Below, one piece after another: positions 39,594-50,671 of a stretch of 64,000 bases of DNA. Position 1 is the first letter of the stretch, and the number at the start of each line of letters is the position of its first letter. A model generated the notes under the pieces. The model was not told the origin of the DNA. It ran no database searches and worked only from the letters and a program-made list of their open reading frames with translations. The translations under genes were made by a program, and so were the position numbers. Location of the stretch: positions 427 through 64,426 of IMG/VR virus record IMGVR_UViG_3300037114_000073; one strand, written 5' to 3'. The stretch is from a virus (lineage: Duplodnaviria > Caudoviricetes).

Positions 39594-40550
39594 TCATTGC
39601 TGCAACTCCAAAATTCCTGAGTCTCCACTAACATCATCTTGCAACCATATTCTATTATCGTTCAGTGGCATGTAACCGCTGAACGATTGTTCCCGCCCAA
39701 AACCACTAACAAAAGTATCCAAATTAAAATACGAACCAATCACTGTCCCCGACAAGCCGAAAGGTTCGCTATTATCATCACCGGTAGCAGTAATTGACAA
39801 ACCCGACTGAGATAGAGTTAATGTAATTGTTTCCATTGATTCTATTTGATCGTTTGCCAAGGTCCCAATCCACGTTCCATTGAACCGTGGCTGCACCGGA
39901 GTACCTAAAAACGATCCTGAATCGTTTAATGGACATCCACTCAATCCTTGGTTGTTAGGTCCAACATAGTTTCCTGTCATAGTCCCATCAGAATTTATAT
40001 CTGCTGTAGTTTGCACACTCTCCTGACTTCCTGTTGACAATACAAGATTAAAGTTAAGATTGAAACTATCATCGGATATAGTCCCTGTCAGACCTCCACT
40101 CTCAGGACCAGAATCTGCACAATCTAAAGAAGCTGATTGGTAGCTCGGTCCTGATAGTTGAGCAAACATAACCAATTGCCCAGCACTACTAGTAGCAGTA
40201 ATGTTGTCTCCTGACTGCTGCAAATTAACTTCCACTAAGTTTGCTTGTGGAGTACCAACTTCATCTCCCGCTTGAGGATTAGGAGTAAAACGAAACTCCC
40301 AAGGACCCGCTAAATTAATTACAGGTGCCGGAGGCGACGGTGGAACAGGCGGGGTAGGAATCGGAATAGGCGGAGGCACTGGTACTGGTGGAGTAGGACT
40401 TGGCGGTACAGGTGGTGGAGTAGGTGCCGGCATCGGAACTGGTACTGGAGTAGATACTGGTGGTAAAACAGGAAGCTGTGCGGAGGTAATATTTCCTCCC
40501 CCGCACGCAACCATAATTAAAGTAGCTAATAGTACAATTAAGATTTTCAT
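39594..40550 (-). CDS. Lipoprotein with Pro-rich linker
   Basis: Signal peptide with lipobox MVAC-GGG; PVPP repeats; beta-rich domain. Confidence 0.8.
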   Translation of the reverse strand: MKILIVLLATLIMVACGGGNITSAQLPVLPPVSTPVPVPMPAPTPPPVPPSPTPPVPVPPPIPIPTPPVPPSPPAPVINLAGPWEFRFTPNPQAGDEVGTPQANLVEVNLQQSGDNITATSSAGQLVMFAQLSGPSYQSASLDCADSGPESGGLTGTISDDSFNLNFNLVLSTGSQESVQTTADINSDGTMTGNYVGPNNQGLSGCPLNDSGSFLGTPVQPRFNGTWIGTLANDQIESMETITLTLSQSGLSITATGDDNSEPFGLSGTVIGSYFNLDTFVSGFGREQSFSGYMPLNDNRIWLQDDVSGDSGILELQQ

Positions 40551-40673
40551 ATCTCTCCTACTTGTCCCAAGACTGTTTCATACTGTGAGCTGATCTCTGT
40601 AGGTTAATAAAAGATCTAATTACTAACCAAACGTAACCAGCAATTACAATACCACCAAACAACAATTTAATAC

Positions 40674-41057
40674 TCATGTTGTTCCTCCTGGTAATGCGGA
40701 TGTTCCTGTTCTACGTATTGTCATCTTAGGAAACCAAACACCTAGTGCTTTATAGTTGTACGTCATCACTGTGGTGCAAGATGTAAAATTACATTGTGCT
40801 GATACTACAGTTAAATCCTGAACATGCATTCCTACGTTTGTTGCTAACTGAATCGTATACAGTGTTGGATTATTTGCTCCTGTACAAGCGTCTCCTTTTA
40901 TTGCTTCACACCTTGCGACTTCAGTTACGATGTAATCTAGATCTGCAGCTCGTTCAATACTCCACTGAATGTCAATCAATCCAAAAGAAATAAAAACGAA
41001 CAATGGTAAAATAACTGCAAATTCAAGGATTGCTTGACCTTTTTGTTTTTGTTTCAT
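40674..41057 (-). CDS. TadE-like pseudopilin
   Basis: Prepilin motif KG/QAILEFAVILPLF, hydrophobic helix, ARCEA. Confidence 0.85.
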   Translation of the reverse strand: MKQKQKGQAILEFAVILPLFVFISFGLIDIQWSIERAADLDYIVTEVARCEAIKGDACTGANNPTLYTIQLATNVGMHVQDLTVVSAQCNFTSCTTVMTYNYKALGVWFPKMTIRRTGTSALPGGTT

Positions 41058-41712
41058 ATGGCCTCACTCTTTTTCGAGTATGATTTTAACTTTTGTGCCG
41101 ACTGGGAATAATGTTGCATCTTCTTGTGATGCATTAATTATCACATTATACCAATCTTTTTCTAAAATAATATTGATATGCTTCTTACTAAGAGTATTAT
41201 GGTGTGCTTCTACTGTCCATCCATCTAACACTAAACTTGTTGTCATATAACTCCTCACTTTATGATTTTAAGATCATAAACTGTTCCAATTTCTTCCTGG
41301 TAACGCATTATTTTCCCATCAGTTGTTACATGAGCAAAACTTAAACCACTAAGTGTTATTACATCCCCGTTTTCATCGCAATGATCTAGTGGAGCTAATG
41401 CCCTACCTCCTCCCTCATGCACTTCTTTTAACAACCAATATGTAGTTCTCTTAAATTTAACTTTCATAGTTTCTAATAACTTAGGGATCATTTACTAATG
41501 TTACTGTCTTCATAGTACCTCACTTTATGATTCGAACGGTGACTTCTACTCCCTTAACTTTCTCGAGGCTGACTCCTAATACTTTCTTAGCTGCTTCTTT
41601 GTTGATGTAGATAGTAGAGAACAACGGATTCTCTTCATCTTCATCTGCATTGAATCGTACACTATGCCTCTTAGGATCCATATTTGTGAACTTCTGAGTC
41701 GCATGTGACATT

Positions 41713-42459
41713 TTATTTTCTCCTCTTCTTTTTCTTTAATGGCATTCTAACAACTCCTGGACTCCTACGCTTGGGTCTACGTCTTGGCTTAACTTTTGCT
41801 TCTCGTTTATAAATATCGGTTACTAGTCTGTCATTTAATTCTTCCAAGGTGCCAACGCGCTTTTTCAAAAACTGATTTTCCTCATCTAACTTTTTTAATG
41901 TTGTGGTCAAAACAAAGTTTGCTCTGTGTGCAGAGTGTCCTAGTATGTCTAATCGCTGCCATGCTTCACTAGGATCTTGCATGACACCTTCTGGCTGACG
42001 ATCACCCGGGTCCAGTTTTATTTCTGTCAATTGCCGTTTAAAGAATAATGCGACTTCAATTCCATGGTAACTGACTACGTAGACTTTTCCTCTATCTCCT
42101 ATTTCTGTACACGCCCAATAATTAGTTAACGTTGTTTGTTGTTCTGCAAATTCAAGTAAAGGCATTCCTGCTGCATCATGAGCTTTAATCCTTACACTTA
42201 ACGCCTGGGGTAAAGTCATTGCTTCTGGTCCGGTCGTTATTGTTTTCAATGTAGCTTCTACAAAGTCTCGATCTGTTTTAGTCATCTGTTGAATGGTAAG
42301 GACTGTGTGTCTAAGTTTATCGTAAACATATCCTTTGTGATAGCGGACTCCAGCATGGCTAATTTGGTTTACTGGCCCTGCTGACTTCAACCCCGCTCTT
42401 GGCTTTACGAATTTCCTCTTTTTCTTTTTGCCACGTAATGTCATTATGAATTTCCTCAA
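41713..42459 (-). CDS. Hypothetical protein with basic termini and coiled coil
   Basis: 248-aa ORF. Confidence 0.55.
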   Translation of the reverse strand: MRKFIMTLRGKKKKRKFVKPRAGLKSAGPVNQISHAGVRYHKGYVYDKLRHTVLTIQQMTKTDRDFVEATLKTITTGPEAMTLPQALSVRIKAHDAAGMPLLEFAEQQTTLTNYWACTEIGDRGKVYVVSYHGIEVALFFKRQLTEIKLDPGDRQPEGVMQDPSEAWQRLDILGHSAHRANFVLTTTLKKLDEENQFLKKRVGTLEELNDRLVTDIYKREAKVKPRRRPKRRSPGVVRMPLKKKKRRK

Positions 42460-42597
42460 TCTTCATTTTCATACGAGTAACAGCTCTGTAGAGAGTTCCC
42501 AGCGTTTGGATTACATCTTCATCTAAATGATATAAGATTGCCCTTTCTCTTGCCTGGAATAGATCATATTGTGCTTGGTCTAAGTGTTCTCTTATGG

Positions 42598-42867
42598 TCA
42601 TACTTTCCTCTTGGACTTAGCAAGTACACGCTTATCAAATTCCTTTTGTGTTTCACCTGGGATGCGTTGATTAACTTGAGTGTACCAATCACACGAACAT
42701 TCTGCTCTCTTACACCCTCCGCCTAAAGTGTGATGATGATGCGGATGCCCACAGTCGCATACGTAAATATGTCCATCACTTAATGGGCAATGATTGCATG
42801 GGATTCTTTCTAATGTCCTAGCTGCTCTCAGTTTTAAAAATGTTTCTTTACTCAACTTTATCACCAC
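42598..42867 (-). CDS. Cys/His-rich small protein
   Basis: CNHC..CDCGH..HHHH..C..C.C. Confidence 0.55.
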   Translation of the reverse strand: MVIKLSKETFLKLRAARTLERIPCNHCPLSDGHIYVCDCGHPHHHHTLGGGCKRAECSCDWYTQVNQRIPGETQKEFDKRVLAKSKRKV

Positions 42868-43753
42868 TTACCTCCTTAGCTTTGAAACGTTGGATTGCTT
42901 TTCCTAATGTAAATACTAACTGAGCTGGGCTCACGTGCACCGGATCCATTTGTACGAATTCTAAATTTGGATTTCCTTTGGGAAGTATGTAGTGCTGTGC
43001 TAGGCACCTGGGATACATTTCAAACATCGGTGTTTCTTGTGATGCACCAAGGTGTGCCATGCCGTTATCAATTGTGACTAACAACTTTGCTTTCTGCATG
43101 ATTAGTGCTAACCGATTTAAAGGTATACCAAACATCTGTTCGCCAAACTCTTTTAATATATCTGGAACAATATCTGTTGGAGCACCTAAAAATCTAATTG
43201 GTGTGTCTGGATACTCATTCTGAATTAATTGTAATACTGGTTTCCACTTAAAGAAAGGTAAACATTTATTCGGAGGAAGTCCTGGTGTATTCTTATCTCT
43301 GCTTTCACACGATGCTGAGAACATTGATATTAAAATCATTCCTTTTAATTCTTCTTGATATAGAACATTATCTAATGTTGGATTCATTGCAAATATTTCT
43401 GGTATATATGTGGGCTTTAATCGTTCAATACCTCCTGTTAATTCAACACCTAACATCTTCGCATATGATTCTGCAATGTGGCACTTATCCTGGTCACTAA
43501 TGATGAATGCTTTATTTACGTCGAAGTTAAATTCAAAGTCGAACGTTCCTTCTAGACGATTAAAGAATGTTTGTATCTTTACTAAATCTCTTACCATTCC
43601 CTGGTATAAAGGAGCAACGTGATCTGGTAATGTCTGCATGATTATTTCATCTTGCAGAGAATTTAATCCTTGTTTCTTTATCCACGTTCTCCAGGCTGGT
43701 GAAATATTCAATGCATCGCCTATCAGGTTATTGCTCTTGAATAGTACTCTCAT
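42848..43753 (-). CDS. Glycosyltransferase family 9-like (heptosyltransferase-like)
   Basis: IGDAL N-terminus; AKLLVTIDNGMAHLGASQETP. Confidence 0.8.
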   Translation of the reverse strand: MRVLFKSNNLIGDALNISPAWRTWIKKQGLNSLQDEIIMQTLPDHVAPLYQGMVRDLVKIQTFFNRLEGTFDFEFNFDVNKAFIISDQDKCHIAESYAKMLGVELTGGIERLKPTYIPEIFAMNPTLDNVLYQEELKGMILISMFSASCESRDKNTPGLPPNKCLPFFKWKPVLQLIQNEYPDTPIRFLGAPTDIVPDILKEFGEQMFGIPLNRLALIMQKAKLLVTIDNGMAHLGASQETPMFEMYPRCLAQHYILPKGNPNLEFVQMDPVHVSPAQLVFTLGKAIQRFKAKEVSGDKVE

Positions 43754-44595
43754 GTAACTTCCTCCTTAGGTTTTGCACGTCTCACAACTGTTCTTGGCCC
43801 ATCTTCTCGTTGGCAGTATTCGTTGAAATTATTTAAGAGAGATAAGACTGCTGGGTATCTATCTGCTTGATCTACTTTCATGATGCCAATTTTCTTTCCT
43901 CTTGTGTCTACAACTGCTTCACGTGCTGCAGCTTCTGTTAATACTGGAAGTAAGAGAATTACTGCGGATAGTAATCCTTTCTTACGTGCAAGTTTTCTGA
44001 GATCAGAAACCAATCTTCTGTCTAAAGTTATATTTCCTTCAATGCTTATCCTATGCGGGGCTGAGATTTTATCAACGGTTAACTTTATTCTTTTTCCTTC
44101 TGAGTTTACTGGTTGCAAGGAATCACTCAACAACTTTAGGAATGCTCCATGCTTATCTTGGAGCCGTTCTTTCCGGTGAATTAATCCTTTCTTTTCTTTT
44201 GTATATTTCCTCAAGTAACTTTTTAGTTTAGGAACTTGGTAACTTGCTGCCATGATTTCATACTGGGCTATGGCTCCTGTGAATGCTGATTCTTTGTAGA
44301 TTGAATTATTCGATTTAATTCCTGCTTCTCTTTGTTTCTCTGCATCATTTAAAGCACGCAACTGTCTGGTGGTAAACTTCTTTTTGTATTTCAAAAACAC
44401 TTGTACGTGATCGTACCATGTCATCGCTTTTGCTAGTGCGGTAACTCTCTGGTCGATGTCTGTTGATACTAGATCTTTGTAGATTTTCTTAAGATCACCT
44501 CGTTTAGGTCTGCTTGGTTTCGGTGCTGGGATTGGTCTTGGCTTCTTGTATCGTTTCAACTTCGGTCGTCCGTGTTTCCCTGCTGGAGTTGCCAT
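43750..44595 (-). CDS. Basic hypothetical protein
   Basis: 281-aa ORF. Confidence 0.55.
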   Translation of the reverse strand: MATPAGKHGRPKLKRYKKPRPIPAPKPSRPKRGDLKKIYKDLVSTDIDQRVTALAKAMTWYDHVQVFLKYKKKFTTRQLRALNDAEKQREAGIKSNNSIYKESAFTGAIAQYEIMAASYQVPKLKSYLRKYTKEKKGLIHRKERLQDKHGAFLKLLSDSLQPVNSEGKRIKLTVDKISAPHRISIEGNITLDRRLVSDLRKLARKKGLLSAVILLLPVLTEAAAREAVVDTRGKKIGIMKVDQADRYPAVLSLLNNFNEYCQREDGPRTVVRRAKPKEEVT

Positions 44596-45029
44596 AGATT
44601 GTTTTCACCTCAATTTGTTCAAACCAATGTTCTGGAAATTGTTCTGCTTCACTTAACATACGAATTGCGGAAGGAAAATCATCTGCCATTACACGATATA
44701 TTTTATCCTGATCTGATGTAAAGAAAAATTCATACGGCATAATTCCTCCTAGTGGATAGTTTCTGGTTTCAAATATCGTTAGCGCCGCCATTAATGATAT
44801 GTGGTACAGCCCATCGAAGAACTGTTGCTACTGCTTCTGCAACTTCTGGTGAAGGATCCCATTCAAAAAAGTCATTGTTGTTTGCTGCACCTCCTATCTT
44901 TTTTGCAATGAATTCTACTCCGACACGGTGAACTACAGAAGCTGCATTACGGGCGTCACTATTAGTTGGCCTTTTCCCTTGAACTCCTAGTCCTGCAGGC
45001 ATAACGAATTTTAGTTTCGGTAGTGTCAT

Positions 45030-45305
45030 TTAATCTCCTTTTGGATTAAAGAATTTGTCATATCTATCATACGTGTTCTCAGCTTCATTCTGATTTAGAA
45101 AAGATTGAAACTCATTTCCTCCTCCTAATTTCCTGGGATAAGAAACTCCGTACATTTTCACACCATCTCGTTCAACTGTTACAAGAGAAACTTCACCTGA
45201 TTTCTTTATAACAGTTGGCTTAGGCTGTTTTATCTTTCGTCCTGTAGAATGCCTACCACTACCAGGTCCTCCTGATCTAATATTTATTTCATCATTTAGT
45301 TTCAT
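45030..45305 (-). CDS. Small protein with GGPGSGRH motif
   Basis: IRSGGPGSGRH; GGAG RBS before MKLN. Confidence 0.6.
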   Translation of the reverse strand: MKLNDEINIRSGGPGSGRHSTGRKIKQPKPTVIKKSGEVSLVTVERDGVKMYGVSYPRKLGGGNEFQSFLNQNEAENTYDRYDKFFNPKGD

Positions 45306-45963
45306 TGTGCCACTCCTAGTGGATAGTTTCTGTTTTCTTACCACTGTCATTTAATGCTTCGAATACTTTGGTTTGCTCACTGGAAGTTAATTTATTGTAG
45401 CTTTTTCTGAACTTCATATGAGATAGTTCATTAACTATTTCCTGCTGACGTATTACACTATCTGGTAATGGAGGATTTCCGTTAATAAAGGATCTAACGG
45501 AATAAAGTAGCACTGTTCCGTTTGGTGCTTGTTTGGATTTAATAAATCGTTTCTTAGCTGCTCTTCGTGATTTATTTGTATGAATTACTACATCACTTTT
45601 AAACTCGTGATAGAAGGGCTTTTTGTGTTGTTTTCCCGTTTGGCTTATAGTTCGTAGCTGCGTTACGTTGGCATTACGTGCGTTCTGTTTTGTGGGTGAT
45701 GCTTTGGTATGGGTAGATTCACCCGGGGGATTTACGCGTGTTTTGGAATTATTAATTACCATTTAACTCCTCCTGGACTACAGTAATAATGTATTAAGTC
45801 TTCTCTGATCGTTGTAACAATATTTCTTATGAATTCTTCCATCTTAGGTACTTCACTTTTACGCATGAAACTAACTGGAATAAGAAATTCATGGTCATCT
45901 ATTTCAACGAAGAATTTAAGCTTATCCGGAATGTGAATTATTTTTATATGCATAAATAATTAA

Positions 45964-45984
45964 ACCGCAGATTTCGGCTGCGGT
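45964..45984 (-). terminator. Possible hairpin terminator
   Basis: ACCGCAG-CCGAAAT-CTGCGGT followed by TTAATT. Confidence 0.4.
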
Positions 45985-47041
45985 GCCCGGTTAGAATTAA
46001 CTGGTAATGATTACCACAATAACAATGGTAACCACGACTATTATTATTCCTACCCACATTGGTATCGTCACTTTAGGCAGCTTTCTTTGCTTCCTTCTTA
46101 ATTGCCTTCTTTACTGCTCTATTCAAAAGGCTATTCAGTTGTCCTTGATATTTGACTAATTCCTGAGATAGTTTATTCATTGAATCGATAGCTTTTGTAA
46201 TTCGCTTCTCAGCTTTCCTTACTGCTTTGAGACTCTTCTTACTGAATTCAATTAAGTGAAATATTCGTAAGTCCACTGACTTTCCTTCAAACGACATTTC
46301 AAGTATATTCTTCTTTGCCATTCTCAGTCTCCTGTATTTTCAAATGTATTTTCTACGATTTGTTCTTCAACATCATCAACTTCTGTTCCGGATTCATCAA
46401 CTCGTTTTCCAGCTGCATTTTCTTGTTCTATTTCTGTGGCATTAGTTTCAGCATACTTTAGAGCACCAGTTTGACGACTCCAGATCCAATTGCCTTCACT
46501 GGTGGAGAGTTTAATTTCCTTAGATAGAACTTTAACTTCTACCTGGTGTTCCTTGGAAATGAACTTACTCTTGGGAAGTAAGTAACCATCCTTCGAATTG
46601 ATTCCTTTTGGTGCCAATTTTTGCTTTTTAGTTACTTTCTTTTTTACCATGTTTCCTCCTTTTGAAATGATGATACATACTTTCTTTTCCTAGCAAAGCA
46701 CAGGTTGCTAACAATTCATAATACCGTCTTCTTGGATCGTCTCTTAGATCAGCCTCCTTTACAAGTTTATGTACAAACTTTGGAATTAAACTTTTCTTTG
46801 GACGATGTCCTAAATGTCTTTGCAACTGGAGTAAGTGTTCTATTCCAATGTGGAAGGCGTCACGATTGAGAGTCATTTTCCGCCTTTCTCAGGACTTCTT
46901 TTGCTAGTTGTATAGCTTCAAAGAATTCTCCTGCATGATCGACAAAATCAGCAGCGTCACACTTAGACATGTCATCACCGAAACTGTCTAATGGAAGAGT
47001 CTTCAATGCTTCGAGAGCTTCTTGTAGTAATTGTTCTCGAT

Positions 47042-47371
47042 TCATGCTACGTACCTCTCATTCGGCTCCACGTTCAAGCTCGTGACTGGAACTTTTGATT
47101 CTTCAGCAATATCGTCTTGCTTTGACTTCCATTTGTCTCCGAACAACTTCTTTGCAAGTTTCTTCCACTCTTCTTTCCACTCAACTGATGTTCTCTCATA
47201 CGACTGTAGAACAAGTTTGTACGGTGAATGTTTGGGAGCATACTCTTCCAACTTCTCAGCTTCCATTAACTTCTTCAATTCATCCACCAGATCTTTTTCC
47301 TTTTTCTTTTTGTCTGAAATTTCTGCTTTCAGAAGCGCCAGCTCGGTAACAACCTCCGCGGATAGCTTCAT
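47042..47371 (-). CDS. Coiled-coil hypothetical protein
   Basis: AAGGAG RBS; K/E-rich helix. Confidence 0.55.
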   Translation of the reverse strand: MKLSAEVVTELALLKAEISDKKKKEKDLVDELKKLMEAEKLEEYAPKHSPYKLVLQSYERTSVEWKEEWKKLAKKLFGDKWKSKQDDIAEESKVPVTSLNVEPNERYVA

Positions 47372-47838
47372 TGTAGTCTCCTTTTTTAGAGTTCGTTATC
47401 TTTGTGGTACTGCATATGCTGCTTAAATTCGCCTTCCAACTGTCTGACATGAAGTGCGAGTTCTATACTCAATCGACATACCTCATTTACATCTCTTCGA
47501 TCAGCTGGTAATTGATCACCTCCAACTAATTCAGTGTAGCTTCTCTGTTGCTTCTCAAGCCCTTGAATGATCTCCGTGATTGTCATTCTGCCCTCCGTAG
47601 AAGATATACACCTGGATCATCTGTTGCCTGGTACAAATTTAATCTTTTGTGTGCAGCAATCAACTGATCTTGCAATGTTTCCATTTTCTTTTTGATGTAC
47701 AAATAACAATAAGCTGCATCACCGCAAAATTCGGAACCACCTGGAGTAAGATCTTCCAAAGCTCTCATTGGATTTTCCCTATACAATTTACTTCTTGCAG
47801 CTGTTAATTCCTGTGGCATCCGTTTTCCTCCTTGTGTT

Positions 47839-47851
47839 TATTATACAGATT
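47839..47851 (-). promoter_or_regulatory. Conserved phage promoter motif, copy 3
   Basis: AATCTGTATAATA followed by AGGAGG RBS and ATG at 47819. Confidence 0.75.
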
Positions 47852-47861
47852 TGGTCGCTTT

Positions 47862-49397
47862 TTATTGTACGGAAGCTTTCTGTTTGTAGACTTGTTCTTC
47901 TGAGAGCGGGGAGTTAGCTGCTTTCTCTAGTTCTGCTCTCTCATCCTGTTCCCGCTTCACAATCATCTCTACTACTAACTTCACATCCTCCAGTGAGGTA
48001 TATGGTGCATGTAGTCTTCGGAGTTCAGGTGACATTGAACTCTGATAGAACATATCTCCACGACTCATCAGGTTCTCTGCTCCTTTGGTAGAGAGAATAG
48101 TTCTGCTGTCAGCATTGCTTGGCAGACGGAAGCAAAGTCTGGTTGGGAAATTAGCTTTGATACTTCCCTTGATCAGGCTAACGTCCGGCCGCTGCGTCGC
48201 TGCAATGACATGAATACCACTTGCACGACTGCGTGCAACGATGACAGAGAGTTTACTGGAATTGGATTTAGCTTCGTCTCGATCCAATGATGGTCCGATA
48301 ATGTCTGCGAGTTCATCGATCATAACCACTATGTAAGGAAGTTTGTGTTCCTTATTGAGTAGGTTATACTCGTGAATATTGCGAACATCCATCTGCCCAA
48401 TCTTATCCAAACGCAGCTGAGTTTCCTTCACACACCAATTCAACGCTTCCATTGTTTTGTAAACGTTGGTGCAAATCGGAAACTGTAAATGTGGTATTCC
48501 AGCGAATGCTTTGAATTCTACTCCTTTCGTATCGGAAATGATCAGCTTTAATTCTCGCGGATTCATTGTCCAGGTAATTCCCAACGCGATGGAATGCTGA
48601 ACAGTAGATTTTCCACTTCCGGTTGTTCCAGCAATTAACAAATGTGGCTGGTCAGTGAGATCATCCACAAATGGATTTCCACTACTGTCAATTCCAAAGT
48701 TCAATGGAATTGGCTTGTGCTTATCTCGTGTTTCAATCTGCATGTAATCTGCAACGTTGCTTAGAGTATCCCGGAACAATACCATCTTGCGATTCTTGTT
48801 GGGAACAAATACTCCTACAGCTGATTCCCCGGGCATTCTCTTTACTACGATTGACTCTGCTCCCAATGAGACTGCAAAATCCTTGCTCATTGATTCAAGA
48901 TGGGCAACTTTTGTTTTTCGGACTGGAAAGAAACGATAGGTACTGATGATTGGTCCTACACTTACAGGGCCAACAAATTCAGCATGGCGACCCAGGACTT
49001 CGATCTTCTCAGCTAACGTTTCCACGATTTCTTTCTGTTCAGGTGTAAGCTTCTCCTTTGCTTTCTTGGCTTTTACTTCCGGAGTGTTCTCAAAAGTACT
49101 CGTTACCTTTTCCAACATATGTGCCTTATCTTTTTCAGATAAGTTTACCAAACTCAATCTGAGCCTGTCACTGTGCGGACGATGACGCTTGGCTCCTCTC
49201 ACTTGTTCAACTCTTTCTCCGTTGACTGTTATGAACTCTCCGCTTACGTTAATGCAACGATGCCCTGGGAATACACCACAACGCGGGCAAACAATTGAGA
49301 GAACTGGATCGGTGATCTTCTTGTGCTTGCTGGAATGCTTTGACTTCGATACATGCTTCGACTTGGACTTCGATACAGACTTTACTTTATGTGACAT
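47862..49397 (-). CDS. Soluble FtsK/SpoIIIE-family DNA translocase with N-terminal Zn finger
   Basis: Alpha domain, PHLLIAGTTGSGKS, DELAD, ATQRP, LMSRGDM; start MSHK with AAGGAG RBS. Confidence 0.9.
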   Translation of the reverse strand: MSHKVKSVSKSKSKHVSKSKHSSKHKKITDPVLSIVCPRCGVFPGHRCINVSGEFITVNGERVEQVRGAKRHRPHSDRLRLSLVNLSEKDKAHMLEKVTSTFENTPEVKAKKAKEKLTPEQKEIVETLAEKIEVLGRHAEFVGPVSVGPIISTYRFFPVRKTKVAHLESMSKDFAVSLGAESIVVKRMPGESAVGVFVPNKNRKMVLFRDTLSNVADYMQIETRDKHKPIPLNFGIDSSGNPFVDDLTDQPHLLIAGTTGSGKSTVQHSIALGITWTMNPRELKLIISDTKGVEFKAFAGIPHLQFPICTNVYKTMEALNWCVKETQLRLDKIGQMDVRNIHEYNLLNKEHKLPYIVVMIDELADIIGPSLDRDEAKSNSSKLSVIVARSRASGIHVIAATQRPDVSLIKGSIKANFPTRLCFRLPSNADSRTILSTKGAENLMSRGDMFYQSSMSPELRRLHAPYTSLEDVKLVVEMIVKREQDERAELEKAANSPLSEEQVYKQKASVQ

Positions 49398-49459
49398 TTT
49401 GATCTCCTTGATTTTTGAAATGTGGCGTTTTAGGTATGCGCTCCCCACCTAGTTACAAG

Positions 49460-49918
49460 TTATGCAGACTTCTTCTTCATGGTATGGACCTTTCCCTTCA
49501 ATACAACCTTTCCTTTCTTGGTGCCAATCGAAATTCGCTGGCGGTGTGGGCGGTTGCGCTTCTCCCCCTTCTTCATCTTGATCTTCTCTCCGCCAGTGAT
49601 GATGAACTCACCTGAGACGTTTACGCAGCGATGACCACGCTTCGATTTGCACAAAGGGCAATCAATAGTGGAAATAACTTTGGAAAAAATCTCCACAACT
49701 TTGGGAGAGATCTTCTTGCTATGCTTGGTGGACTTCTCAGACTTCTCAGACTTCTCAGACTTCGTGGAATGCTTCTTGGAGCTCTTTGACTTCATCATAT
49801 TAATTCTCCTTTGTATTCGTTGATTGTTAAAATCTGTCTGGTAGCACTCATCAGAACAATAACTTTTCTTCTTACGAGCACTCCAGAACGATAGTAGCTT
49901 TCCACATTGACAGTTCAT
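49460..49918 (-). CDS. Basic Zn-finger protein paralogous to the FtsK N-terminus
   Basis: CPLC..GHRCVNVSGEFI..RPH.R; alternative start at 49798 with AAGGAG. Confidence 0.7.
   Translation of the reverse strand: MNCQCGKLLSFWSARKKKSYCSDECYQTDFNNQRIQRRINMMKSKSSKKHSTKSEKSEKSEKSTKHSKKISPKVVEIFSKVISTIDCPLCKSKRGHRCVNVSGEFIITGGEKIKMKKGEKRNRPHRQRISIGTKKGKVVLKGKVHTMKKKSA
49731..49763. repeat. 9-bp coding tandem repeat
   Basis: (GACTTCTCA)x3 plus partial copy, encoding KSEKSEKS. Confidence 0.8.
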
Positions 49919-50671
49919 TTGGCATCGTTTATTGCTTGAATTACCTGCTGCATTTCATTCCAATAGATTGCTACTAATTGTCGAAGCTGTTGCTTATCCA
50001 ACGACTCTGTATAAGCATCAATTTCTAACGGTGTACGATGCAATGCCAGATCGCAAGTAAGCTTGGCAACGTTCCGTTTCAAACGTTCATGCCACTCTTT
50101 TTGGCGAGCGGCAGCTCCAGTTGTAATCGTGTTTGCAATGTCTGTAACGTATGCTTCAATCTTTTCCTGCACACGATTATCCTGAACAAATCGATGAAAT
50201 ATCATGCTCTTTCCTCCTGAATTCTTCGGCAAGTTTGGCAATCGTCTTTGGGGTTGAATACTCCCTTTTCATACAAATGGTCAACGAACTTTCCGCAGAG
50301 TGATTTTCTGGGAGTACCATATCCACCCAGTATATCTTTTACGGAAAGTGCTAAATGACATGTAGAACTTCCACACGCAACAAGTACATACGGATATTCT
50401 TTACTTGGTGCCAATTTCTTATCCATAGATTAATTTTTCCTCCTTCCCATCTTTCTGCACAACAAAAACTCGCGTGAGAGGCCCGAACGAATCCCCATCT
50501 CCGGTGTAAACTCGGAGAACACGATAACCAAGGTCAGCAAGCTTGGGCCTGGCTGTTTTCTGTTCCCAATCGTACCACGTCAAACCACTTTTGTTATTGA
50601 ATTGAGGAAATGCAGTAGATGGCTGGGAACAAAATCCCAGTTCATAATCCGCTGCATCATTCCCAATAACA

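Noticed and set aside
12197-46006. Recurring TAACTGGT near some gene boundaries as a late promoter
   Set aside because: Inconsistent spacing to starts and also present inside coding sequence
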